This document shows, in pieces, positions 19,363-28,040 of a stretch of DNA of 64,000 nucleotides. The position numbers and the translations under genes are program-made. The notes beneath the pieces are model-generated. The model was not told the origin of the DNA, searched no databases, and worked only from the letters and a program-made list of their open reading frames with translations. The stretch is taken from IMG/VR virus record IMGVR_UViG_3300032073_000002. One strand, 5' to 3'. Each line of letters opens with the position of its first letter. Within the stretch, counting starts at the first letter, position 1. The DNA comes from an uncultured virus (IMG/VR IMGVR_UViG_3300032073_000002). Lineage: Duplodnaviria > Heunggongvirae > Uroviricota > Caudoviricetes.

Positions 19363-21120
19363 TTACGGCTCCATGACATTAGGTGGATTACCACCACCAA
19401 AAGTGAAGTAGTATGTAAACGGACTTCTGTGTTGGTACGTTATGGGTTGTTGTGCAATACTTGGGGCCCTAGAGTTTGCACCAGTTCTTGCGTTTGCAAT
19501 GTAAGGCACTCTATATGTAAATGGGTTTCTTGCACTATTTGGTTGTCTTGCATTCGCTATATAAGGTTGTCTATATGTGAATGGGTTCCTTGCATCGTTA
19601 GGTTGCCTTGCATTAGTAGGGTTCCTGTACGTAAATGGTGCTTGGAATGTAAAAGGTTGCTGTGCATTCGCTGGATACCTTGCATCATACGTGAATGGAC
19701 TCCTTGCATCTCTAATGTTAGGTTGTTGAATTGCCCTAATGTTAGGTTCCTGTGCGTTTACTGGATTCCTATATGTAAACGGAGACCTATGGTTATAAGT
19801 AAACGCTGCCTGATTATTTCTAATATTAGGTTCTTGTTGTGACCTAATATTTGGTTCTTGTTGTGACCTAATATTTGGTTCTTGTGCATTTGCAATATAA
19901 GGATACGGTTGTTGTGCAGAACGAATATTAGGTTCTTGAGCAGACACAGGGTTCCTATATGTGAACGGTGACCTATGTTGATACGTAAATGGAGACCTAT
20001 GATTATATGTCAAAGGACTTCTATGTTGGTATGTACTAGGTTGTCTTGCTTCTCTTATGTTAGGCTCTTGTGCAGATACAGGACTTCTATATGTAAATGG
20101 AGACCTATGAGAATATTCCAAAGGCGACCTATGTGAATATGTTAACGGTGACCTATGTTGATAAGTTGCAGGCTGTCTTGCATCTCTAATATTAGGTTCT
20201 TGTCCATTCACTGGATTTCTGTAAGTGAATGGAGACCTATGTTGATAGGTAAATGGTGACCTGTGAGAATATGTCAAAGGACTTCTATGTTGGTATGTAC
20301 TAGGTTGTCTTGCTTCTCTAATATTAGGTTCTTGTCCATTCACTGGATTTCTGTACTCGAATGGAGACCTATGATTATATGTCAAAGGCGACCTATGTGA
20401 ATATGTTAACGGTGACCTATGTTGATACGTAGAAGGTTGTCTTGCATCTCTAATAAAAGGTGCTTGTCCATTCACTGGATTCCTATATGTAAACGGTGAC
20501 CTATGTTGATACGTAAATGGAGACCTATGACTATACGTTAAAGGACTTCTATGTTGATAAGTTGCAGGCTGTCTTGCATCTCTAATATTAGGTTCTTGTC
20601 CATTCACTGGATTTCTGTAAGTGAACGGTGTCTGTGCATTCCTTATGTTTGGTTCTTGTGCATTTACAGGGTTTTGATATGTAAACGGTGACCTATGTTG
20701 ATAAGTCGTTGGTGTTTGACCTTGTCTAGCATATGTAAATGGACTTCTATGTTGGTATGTACTAGGTTGTCTTGCTTGTGCTATATAAGGATACGGCTGT
20801 TGTTGGTCTCTTATATTAGGTTCTTGTGCATTTGCAATATAAGGATACGGATTCTGTTGGTTCCTTATGTTAGGCTCTTGTGCATTTGCAATATAAGGAT
20901 ACGGATTCTGTTTGTTTCTTATATTGGGTTCTTGTCCATTTGCAATGTATGGATAAGGAACTTGAGTCGCAGTCTGCCCCGATGCGTTATTCCATCCTGT
21001 AGGGGTTTTAATGTAGATTTGGTCAACTGCTTTCCATGTGGAACTAGCTGTTTTTACCCATGCACCTTGAGTTGAATTCCAACCTGCTGGTGTTTTGACC
21101 TTTTGTGAACCTGTTGCCAT
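19363..21120 (-). CDS. Pro-rich modular repeat protein A (585 aa) with N-terminal Trp-rich adaptor-like domain
   Basis: N-terminal KVKTPAGW..AWVKTASSTWKAVDQIYIKTPTGW, then 69 modules in residues 53-564; AATAAATA promoter-like element at 21145-21152. Confidence 0.85.
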   Translation of the reverse strand: MATGSQKVKTPAGWNSTQGAWVKTASSTWKAVDQIYIKTPTGWNNASGQTATQVPYPYIANGQEPNIRNKQNPYPYIANAQEPNIRNQQNPYPYIANAQEPNIRDQQQPYPYIAQARQPSTYQHRSPFTYARQGQTPTTYQHRSPFTYQNPVNAQEPNIRNAQTPFTYRNPVNGQEPNIRDARQPATYQHRSPLTYSHRSPFTYQHRSPFTYRNPVNGQAPFIRDARQPSTYQHRSPLTYSHRSPLTYNHRSPFEYRNPVNGQEPNIREARQPSTYQHRSPLTYSHRSPFTYQHRSPFTYRNPVNGQEPNIRDARQPATYQHRSPLTYSHRSPLEYSHRSPFTYRSPVSAQEPNIREARQPSTYQHRSPLTYNHRSPFTYQHRSPFTYRNPVSAQEPNIRSAQQPYPYIANAQEPNIRSQQEPNIRSQQEPNIRNNQAAFTYNHRSPFTYRNPVNAQEPNIRAIQQPNIRDARSPFTYDARYPANAQQPFTFQAPFTYRNPTNARQPNDARNPFTYRQPYIANARQPNSARNPFTYRVPYIANARTGANSRAPSIAQQPITYQHRSPFTYYFTFGGGNPPNVMEP

Positions 21121-21171
21121 TTAGTTATCCATTAATAATACTGTTATTTATTAGAATCCTAAACTCCTAGA

Positions 21172-23787
21172 TTAGGAGTAAAGAATCCACATATCACCAA
21201 CCGCTCCATCTGAACCGCCAGGTGCAGAAGTTGATTGGTAAACATTTCTTGCAGTTCCACCACTGTTAGATGCATTCGTTATTGTTAATGCACCTGTGGA
21301 TACCGCTGCTGGTGTTACTGATAATGCACCAGTTGAAGCACCTGTTGCAGTAGTTGTTCCGAATGCAAAACTTGATGCACTATCGTCCCAACCCATAAAC
21401 ACGTTACTTTCATCACCTCTCTCAATGACAATACCTGCGTCTCCCGATGGAGAACCAGTTGTCCCTGTTCCTAATTCAATCAACGAATCTTCGATAGTTG
21501 TGTTAGTTGAACTATTTGTTACTGTTGAACCATTTACTGTTAAGTTACCTGTAACTACAAGGTTACCACTTGCAGATACGTCTGCAAATTGAACATCACT
21601 AGTTGTTGCAACTGCCTGACCGATACTAACTTGACCCGAACTGATAGCAACACCAGTACCATTAGAGAAATGTGCTCTTGTCTCAGCTGCACTTGGCCCT
21701 GTATATGTAATAACACCAGTTGAATTGTTATATGCAAGTGAACCATCTCCACCTGCGTCTGTTACTGAAACTTTTCCTCTGATAGTTGCATCTGTAATTG
21801 CAAGGTCGACTGCACCGTCACCAGCATCATCATATGTTGCAGTGATGTTTGTGTGTGAACCGTTAGTTGCTAATTGAGTTCCAACTGTGTCTTGAATGTT
21901 TTCGTAAGGTACTCTAATTTCTAGTGTTCCAGCTGCATCATCATATGTTGTTGCAACGTTTACACCAGCAGTAATTAAAGCGTTAACTCTATCGTCAACT
22001 CTTTCATCTGTATAGTATAAGTTACCACTCTCACCAATGTGAGATGTGTTTAAAGTAACTGAAGCACCTAAGTCTACTGACTGTGAGTTAATTGTTACAC
22101 TGTCATTTGCAAGTTTACTGTTTGCAATTGAACCTGCTAACATGGCATTAGTAACACCAAGTGCTTTAACTCTTAATGCATCTGAATTTGTTTCGATTGA
22201 ACTATCGTCTACTCCGACTGATAGAACACCACTTGAATGTGCAAGACCGTCACCTGCTACTGAAGCATCTAGGTTTAAAGTAACTGCACCACTTGAACCA
22301 CCACCCGATAGACCGTCTCCAGCTGTAACACCTGTGATGTCCGCTGCGTTTCCGTCAATTGTAAGTGTTCCAGCTGCATCATCATATGTTGCAGTTATGT
22401 TTGTTCCACCAACAATCAATGAACCGACTCTGTCATCCACTCTTTCATTTGTAAAGTAAAGGTTACCACTCTCTGTGATTCCACCAGTGTTTAGTGTGAT
22501 GTTTGCTGTACCGTCAAATGAAACACCCGAGATAGTTCTTGCACTTGCAAGTGCAGTAGCAGTTCCTGCTAATCCTGTTGTATCTTGGTTAAGTGTTCCG
22601 ACTGCAAAGTCTAAAGTGTTATCTGCATCTTGATACGTAACTGTAAGACCACTTTCTGTATTAGAAGTGACCATATTACCAACTGTATCTGAAATAAATT
22701 CTGCGTCTACTGCAAGGTCAATAGTTCCATCTGCATCTTGATATGTTGCAGTAATACCTGTTTCAGTATTTGAACTGAACATTGCTCCAGCAATATCTTG
22801 AACTCTTTCTGTAGTGTGATATAAATTAGTTGAGCCTTCGTTTAAGTCATCTGAATCAAATGCACCCATATTGACTGCAACATCATTTGCATTAACTGTA
22901 ATACCAGTTCCAGCACCAATGTTTAATGTTGCAGCTCCACTTGTTGCACCACCAGTTAAACCCGAACCAGCAACTACTGATTCGATGTCACCAGCATCGT
23001 TTGTGAAACTGAATACACCAGTTGTGCTGTTGTATGATATATCACCAGTTGCTGATAGAGCAGCTCTTGCTCTTGCATCTGTAAAGTAAAGGTTACTTGA
23101 ACCTTCTGTAATTTCGTCTGAATTGTCTTTTGTTAGAATACTTGCATCAACATAAGCTTTAATTGATTGTTGTGATGCAGCGTGAGATGCACTGTTCGAA
23201 GACATATCGTCTTCGTCTTTAAGGTCGATTGCAATGTCATCTGCATTAACTGTGATACCTGTTCCAGCAATAGCATTTACTGTTACATCACCACTTGTTC
23301 CGCCACCTGTTAGACCTGCTCCAGCAACAACACTTGTTATGTCTCCAACTGGAACTGTTGCAACTTGAGTATCAACATATGCTTTAATTGATTGTTGAGT
23401 AGCTGCATGTACGGCACTATCTGATGCCATATTGTCTTCGTCTTTAAAGTTGATTGCAATATCGTCTGCATTTACAGTAATACCTGTACCAGCACCAATG
23501 TTTAATGTTGCATCTCCACTAGTTGCAGTACCAGTTAAACCAAGTCCTGCGTTAACTCCTGTGATATCACCAACATTACCTGTAATTGTAAGTGTCCCAG
23601 CTGAATCATCATATGATAATCCAATACCAGCACCTGCTGTTAGTAAGGTATTTGCAACGTGGTCATCGATGACCTCTATAGCTGCAGTACCAAATGCACC
23701 TGCTACTAAGTCACCCGAACTATCTAGAACATCATTTGTTCCTACGGATAGACCGTTCTTTAGTATAAAATTCTTTTCCCCTGCCAT
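21172..23787 (-). CDS. Tail fibre protein (871 aa, G/T/D-rich repeats)
   Basis: Repeats GDITxVxAGxGLTG, DEDxMxSxSAxHAAxQQSIKAYVD, EGSxNLYxT and TYDDAAGTL; C-terminal STSAPGGSDGAVGDMW motif. Confidence 0.8.
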   Translation of the reverse strand: MAGEKNFILKNGLSVGTNDVLDSSGDLVAGAFGTAAIEVIDDHVANTLLTAGAGIGLSYDDSAGTLTITGNVGDITGVNAGLGLTGTATSGDATLNIGAGTGITVNADDIAINFKDEDNMASDSAVHAATQQSIKAYVDTQVATVPVGDITSVVAGAGLTGGGTSGDVTVNAIAGTGITVNADDIAIDLKDEDDMSSNSASHAASQQSIKAYVDASILTKDNSDEITEGSSNLYFTDARARAALSATGDISYNSTTGVFSFTNDAGDIESVVAGSGLTGGATSGAATLNIGAGTGITVNANDVAVNMGAFDSDDLNEGSTNLYHTTERVQDIAGAMFSSNTETGITATYQDADGTIDLAVDAEFISDTVGNMVTSNTESGLTVTYQDADNTLDFAVGTLNQDTTGLAGTATALASARTISGVSFDGTANITLNTGGITESGNLYFTNERVDDRVGSLIVGGTNITATYDDAAGTLTIDGNAADITGVTAGDGLSGGGSSGAVTLNLDASVAGDGLAHSSGVLSVGVDDSSIETNSDALRVKALGVTNAMLAGSIANSKLANDSVTINSQSVDLGASVTLNTSHIGESGNLYYTDERVDDRVNALITAGVNVATTYDDAAGTLEIRVPYENIQDTVGTQLATNGSHTNITATYDDAGDGAVDLAITDATIRGKVSVTDAGGDGSLAYNNSTGVITYTGPSAAETRAHFSNGTGVAISSGQVSIGQAVATTSDVQFADVSASGNLVVTGNLTVNGSTVTNSSTNTTIEDSLIELGTGTTGSPSGDAGIVIERGDESNVFMGWDDSASSFAFGTTTATGASTGALSVTPAAVSTGALTITNASNSGGTARNVYQSTSAPGGSDGAVGDMWILYS

Positions 23788-24005
23788 TAGATTGTACCCC
23801 CATCAATAACTGCATTTGATAATCTAGTATCGAATGAAGTGTTAAATCTACTTGAAGTAAAGTATTGGTTCGTGGAACCTTCCGTTAAGTTATCTGAAGT
23901 AAGTAAAGATATTGCTGATACAGCTAGTTTTCCTGCTGAGGAAATAACTTCTGTTGAACCAACTGTAAGTCCGTACTCAATTACGAATGTATTTTGTGTT
24001 GCCAT
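23787..24005 (-). CDS. Short fibre-associated protein ending in DGGTI
   Basis: N-terminus paralogous to the 871-aa fibre (FVIEYGLTVGSTEVISSAG vs FILKNGLSVGTNDVLDSSG); LTEGSTNQYFT repeat. Confidence 0.7.
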   Translation of the reverse strand: MATQNTFVIEYGLTVGSTEVISSAGKLAVSAISLLTSDNLTEGSTNQYFTSSRFNTSFDTRLSNAVIDGGTI

Positions 24006-24111
24006 TTATGTGTCCTTTTAAGGTTTACCTTGAGGGGTGTTACATTTATTTATCGATTCACTCCTCTTAAGAATGTCCTATAATCTGTCTTTTTAAAATT
24101 ACTTTATCTTT

Positions 24112-24945
24112 TTAAGCGTCAACTAAAATCTTCTTAAATTTAAAGACCGTTGAATTACTGGTAGCAGGAGTAGTTCTGATACGTAACGTTCCGATGTTTA
24201 TATCTACACCAAACGTTGCAAGTTCGGTAGTTCCTGTCAAAACTGTACCGTATTGTGAAACACTTGCAGTAGTACCATTATGAACTATTGAAAGTTCTGT
24301 GAACTGATACGTTCCACTTGTTGAATCTGAAATAGACACTTCGTACTTTGCACTTCTATAAGAGCTCGTTGAAAAAGTATCCATGGTTGCTTCAGAGGTT
24401 GATGTAGTTGTTACCGTTCCACCTTCTAATCCTGTAGGTGTTGCAAAAGATAGTGTTCCACTACCATTTGTGGTTAATACTTGACCACTACTTCCGTCTG
24501 AAGTTGGATAAGTAATACTTGCACCTGTTAAACTATTTGTAGCAGTCAATGTTGTTGCAACTAAGTCACCAACATGTAAGTCTGCTAAAGCATATCCACT
24601 ACCACTTAAATTAACTGTGGTAGAAGGTTCTACTTCTAGACCATCAAACAACTTCCATGTGGAGTCTGACGCGTCTCTAAATAGACCTGTATATTCACTT
24701 GCACCACCCTCTCCACTTAAACCGTCATTATAGTTACCATATATTCCTATGTCAATAGTGTCTGCAGTTGTGTTACCACTTGCAAGTTCTATCAATGAAT
24801 CTGTAACCGATTGGGTTGTAGAATCAATAATTGTATTGGTTCCGTTAACAGTTAGGTCACCAGTAACAACAAGATTCCCACCTATGGATGTATCTCCTGC
24901 CGTTTGTATCCCTACATCTGCTAAAAATTTAGATTGAGTTGCCAT
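24112..24945 (-). CDS. Virion structural/fibre protein (277 aa)
   Basis: GNLVVTGDLTVNGT fibre motif; C-terminal domain DTFSTSSYRSAKY..VHNGT..QYG shared with the two adjacent genes. Confidence 0.7.
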   Translation of the reverse strand: MATQSKFLADVGIQTAGDTSIGGNLVVTGDLTVNGTNTIIDSTTQSVTDSLIELASGNTTADTIDIGIYGNYNDGLSGEGGASEYTGLFRDASDSTWKLFDGLEVEPSTTVNLSGSGYALADLHVGDLVATTLTATNSLTGASITYPTSDGSSGQVLTTNGSGTLSFATPTGLEGGTVTTTSTSEATMDTFSTSSYRSAKYEVSISDSTSGTYQFTELSIVHNGTTASVSQYGTVLTGTTELATFGVDINIGTLRIRTTPATSNSTVFKFKKILVDA

Positions 24946-24950
24946 AGTTC

Positions 24951-24958
24951 TATTTATA
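24951..24958 (-). promoter_or_regulatory. T4-type late promoter TATAAATA
   Basis: Exact match directly after a terminator and before the 24945 start. Confidence 0.8.
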
Positions 24959-24961
24959 GCT

Positions 24962-24986
24962 AAAAAAAGGGGAACCGAAGTTCCCC
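24962..24986 (-). terminator. Rho-independent terminator with UUCG tetraloop
   Basis: Minus strand GGGGAAC-UUCG-GUUCCCC followed by 7 U. Confidence 0.9.
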
Positions 24987-25008
24987 TTAAAAGATTTTGG
25001 TCTTTTGT

Positions 25009-25422
25009 TTATGCGTCTACTGTTGTTCTATCAAACTTAGTAACGGTTGATGAAGTTGAAGCAGGTGTGATTCTCAATCTGAGGTCACTTCCACTTATAT
25101 CTGCATCAAATGTTGCTAGAGCAGAACCACTTTTTAACGTGCCGTAAGCTGTTAGTGTTACATTGGTACCATCATGAACTAATATTAGTTCGGTACTATG
25201 AAAGTCACTCCCTTCAGTCATTGCAATAACATATCGTGCAGCTCTATAACTTGCTTTTGCAAACGTATCCAAGTTAACTTGGGTAGTTGCAGTAGTAGTT
25301 AAATCGCCTTTACTTCTGTTTGCATCTAAAAGGGACTTACTTGTACTGATTTTATCTGTTGATGTATCGTACTGGAAGACACGGATTAATTCTGCTAATT
25401 TAAAACTATTTGATTTTGCCAT
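25009..25422 (-). CDS. Virion structural protein (137 aa)
   Basis: DTFAKASYRAARY..LVHDGT..AYG..LATFDADISGSDLRLRITP, paralogous to the C-termini of its neighbours. Confidence 0.7.
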   Translation of the reverse strand: MAKSNSFKLAELIRVFQYDTSTDKISTSKSLLDANRSKGDLTTTATTQVNLDTFAKASYRAARYVIAMTEGSDFHSTELILVHDGTNVTLTAYGTLKSGSALATFDADISGSDLRLRITPASTSSTVTKFDRTTVDA

Positions 25423-25436
25423 TAGTTAATCCCCCC

Positions 25437-26264
25437 TTAAGAATGTCTAATTTGGAATGTATCAATTGTAGTGTTTGTGTTGGCTGGAGTAACGAGTAAT
25501 CTCATTGCCCCCGAGTCAACGTCTGCACTCAATGTAAACAAACTTGCTGTTGAATACACATCACCGTATTGTACGAAGTATGCATTCGAGCCGTTATTAA
25601 TAAGTAAAACTTCACATGCATGTGTCCCTGCCGAAGCATGAGTTGCATTAATTACATACTTGATGCCCTTAATTGCCACACTATTAGAAGATAATACTTG
25701 GTCTGCTGTTGTCGCTGTTAAAACACTTGCAGTGAAGAACCCTTGTACAAGGTTCGCTGCAGCTGTAATTGCAACTATTTCTAACACGTCACCACTTAAA
25801 GCATTTGCTTGTAGTGTTATTGTCGTACTGTTTGTCGTTGCATAGTCTATGCCACCACCAATTAGTTTTACACCATTTAAGTAAACTTGTTCACTACCTG
25901 CTTGATAAACTAACGAGTTACTATCATCATCGTTTCCAGTGATGACTGTTGTCGTTGAGCCTATAGTGTAGGTAAATGTTACAACTCCACTTGATGGTTG
26001 ATTACTAAATGAAAGTGTGCCTGAACCATTTGTTGACAATACTTGATTCGACGTTCCGTCACTAGTTGGGAAAGAGTAGGCGTCATTAACAGAAAGAGTT
26101 TTAGGATTAGAACCGATTTCTGTAATCGCTGCTGACCCATCGTTCTTTTCAGTATACATTCTACCATGATAGGTATTAATCGCGACTTCACCTAGTGATA
26201 AATCACTAGTAGTCGGAACTGCATTCTGAGTCGAACTTCTTTTAAAATTAATAACTGTTGCCAT
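25437..26264 (-). CDS. Virion structural/fibre protein (275 aa)
   Basis: N-terminal VINFKRSS..PTTSDLSLGEVAIN domain, PTSDGTSNQVLSTNGSGTLSF repeat and the shared C-terminal domain. Confidence 0.7.
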   Translation of the reverse strand: MATVINFKRSSTQNAVPTTSDLSLGEVAINTYHGRMYTEKNDGSAAITEIGSNPKTLSVNDAYSFPTSDGTSNQVLSTNGSGTLSFSNQPSSGVVTFTYTIGSTTTVITGNDDDSNSLVYQAGSEQVYLNGVKLIGGGIDYATTNSTTITLQANALSGDVLEIVAITAAANLVQGFFTASVLTATTADQVLSSNSVAIKGIKYVINATHASAGTHACEVLLINNGSNAYFVQYGDVYSTASLFTLSADVDSGAMRLLVTPANTNTTIDTFQIRHS

Positions 26265-26302
26265 GTTACTCTCCTAGTATTGATTGATTGATGAAATATT
26301 AA

Positions 26303-27895
26303 TTAAAATGTTCCGCCGTCAATACCAGTGATTGAAACTGCACCACTTGATACTGTAAAGTTTGCTGTGGCAAAACTTGCAATACCTTTATTAGTTGTAG
26401 TTGCATCTTCTCCACTTACAGTTGCTGTACCACTTGAGTATGATACGTCCATACCTTCACCAGCATCAACAATCACGACACCTAAATTAGATGCACTTGA
26501 TTGTTCAGCACTGATTGATATAGAACCAGCACCGTTAGTTACATCGATACCATCACCAGCAGTAATAGTTCCCAAAGCCATGTCTCCATTGGCTGTGTGA
26601 CCCATAAGAATCTGACCATTAGTTGGTGCAGCTCCATCAATCTCTTTGATTGACCCACTTAGTGTTAAGTTCGTTGCTTCCACACCACCGAATACTGCGT
26701 CCATAGCAGTTCCACTGAATACTGAGGAAGAATCTGTAGCTTGTTTAAGAGCTACGAACTTAGTTGTATTTTCATCGTAACCAAAGAAACCAACTCTAGC
26801 AGAACCATCGTTGTATTTAAACTTAATACCACGGTCTAAGTTATCGTCTGAACTATCAGCACCAAGTTCGAAAACTGGGTCTGCGATTGATACAGTAGTT
26901 GAATTAACTGTAGTTGTAGTTCCGTTAACACTTAAGTTACCTGTTACAACAACGTTACCACTTGCAGTCAATGTTGTTGCAGTGATGTCGTCTGAGTTTA
27001 GTGTTCCGCCAACTGTTACGTTACCGAATTCTACGTTGTCTGAAGTTCCAACTGCCTGACCGATTGCAAACTCTACCGCTTGACCACTTGCAGAAGTTGT
27101 TACACCTGTTCCACCTGTGAAAGTTAATGATTGTGTATCTAAATCAACTGCTAAAGTACCACTATCCGCTGCACCGTCAAGGTCTTGAGATTGTAGTTCT
27201 GTAGTTACTGCATCAACATAAGCTTTAACTGATTGTTGTGAAGGAACTTTAACTGCTGAGTCGGATGCCATGTTGTCTTCATCGACAAAGAAGTCAATGT
27301 TTCCAACTTGCACTGCGTTTGCAGCGATTGTTACAGCACCACTTGATGCCATAGTTGCATCACCACTCATTGATACGTTATCGAATGAATTACTTCCATC
27401 ATGAACAAGCATTTGTCCGCCTGTTGGAGATGAAATATCTGAATCCGAAGCACCTGCTAGGGTTGATGTTGTTGATAAGAATGATAATGCGCCTGAACCG
27501 TCTGTTCCAAGAACTTGGTTAGCACTACCGTCCGTTGAAGGAAGAGTCCACGTTACTGAAGAGCCTAAAGTGTTTGGAGATTTAAGAGCAACGAAGTTTG
27601 TTCCGTTGTCTGTGTCTTCCATTAACTTAATACTACCACCTGTACTTGCACTATTACCGACTTTTAAGTCAGCAGGAGTTGCAGTAGAACCAGCTAGCAT
27701 ATCTGTATAGTACTTACCACCAATTGCTTGGATTAATGCAGTACTATTATCAGAGTCTACTGATTCAATGTATAGTTTCGCTCCAGCACCCGAATTCGAC
27801 CTATCCTGTACGTACGCTAATTCACCTTCCGCTAAGTCGGAGATAGCTGGTGCAGATACACCTGTACTTCTTTTAATCTGAATTACTGTTGCCAT
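26303..27895 (-). CDS. Tail fibre protein (530 aa) ending in DGGTF
   Basis: N-terminal VIQIKRS..P..SDLAEGELAY domain; fibre repeats such as GNVVVTGNLSVNGTTTTVNSTT. Confidence 0.75.
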   Translation of the reverse strand: MATVIQIKRSTGVSAPAISDLAEGELAYVQDRSNSGAGAKLYIESVDSDNSTALIQAIGGKYYTDMLAGSTATPADLKVGNSASTGGSIKLMEDTDNGTNFVALKSPNTLGSSVTWTLPSTDGSANQVLGTDGSGALSFLSTTSTLAGASDSDISSPTGGQMLVHDGSNSFDNVSMSGDATMASSGAVTIAANAVQVGNIDFFVDEDNMASDSAVKVPSQQSVKAYVDAVTTELQSQDLDGAADSGTLAVDLDTQSLTFTGGTGVTTSASGQAVEFAIGQAVGTSDNVEFGNVTVGGTLNSDDITATTLTASGNVVVTGNLSVNGTTTTVNSTTVSIADPVFELGADSSDDNLDRGIKFKYNDGSARVGFFGYDENTTKFVALKQATDSSSVFSGTAMDAVFGGVEATNLTLSGSIKEIDGAAPTNGQILMGHTANGDMALGTITAGDGIDVTNGAGSISISAEQSSASNLGVVIVDAGEGMDVSYSSGTATVSGEDATTTNKGIASFATANFTVSSGAVSITGIDGGTF

Positions 27896-28040
27896 TTTTA
27901 TTTCCTTTTAAATAAAATTATTAGTTGTTGTTTCTCGTTCACTATCCCGAGAAGTTGAGTTCATTATATAGTCTGTCCACTCACAATGTGGGTCGTTGTC
28001 TCACTGTCGACAACCTTGATTTGTACACTTATTTAGTGTT

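Noticed and set aside
17702..21120. CRISPR array or non-coding tandem repeat explanation for the dense DNA repeats
   Set aside because: The repeats lie in long open frames, vary mainly at synonymous positions, have unit lengths of 18, 24 or 30 bp and contain no unique spacers; no cas genes are present.
17702..21120. DNA inverted repeat or sense-antisense coding as the source of A/B complementarity
   Set aside because: Both genes are on the same strand, and the antisense translation of H/F modules gives ICKW/CKR-type peptides, not QEPNIR or PVNA. The complementarity is at protein level only.
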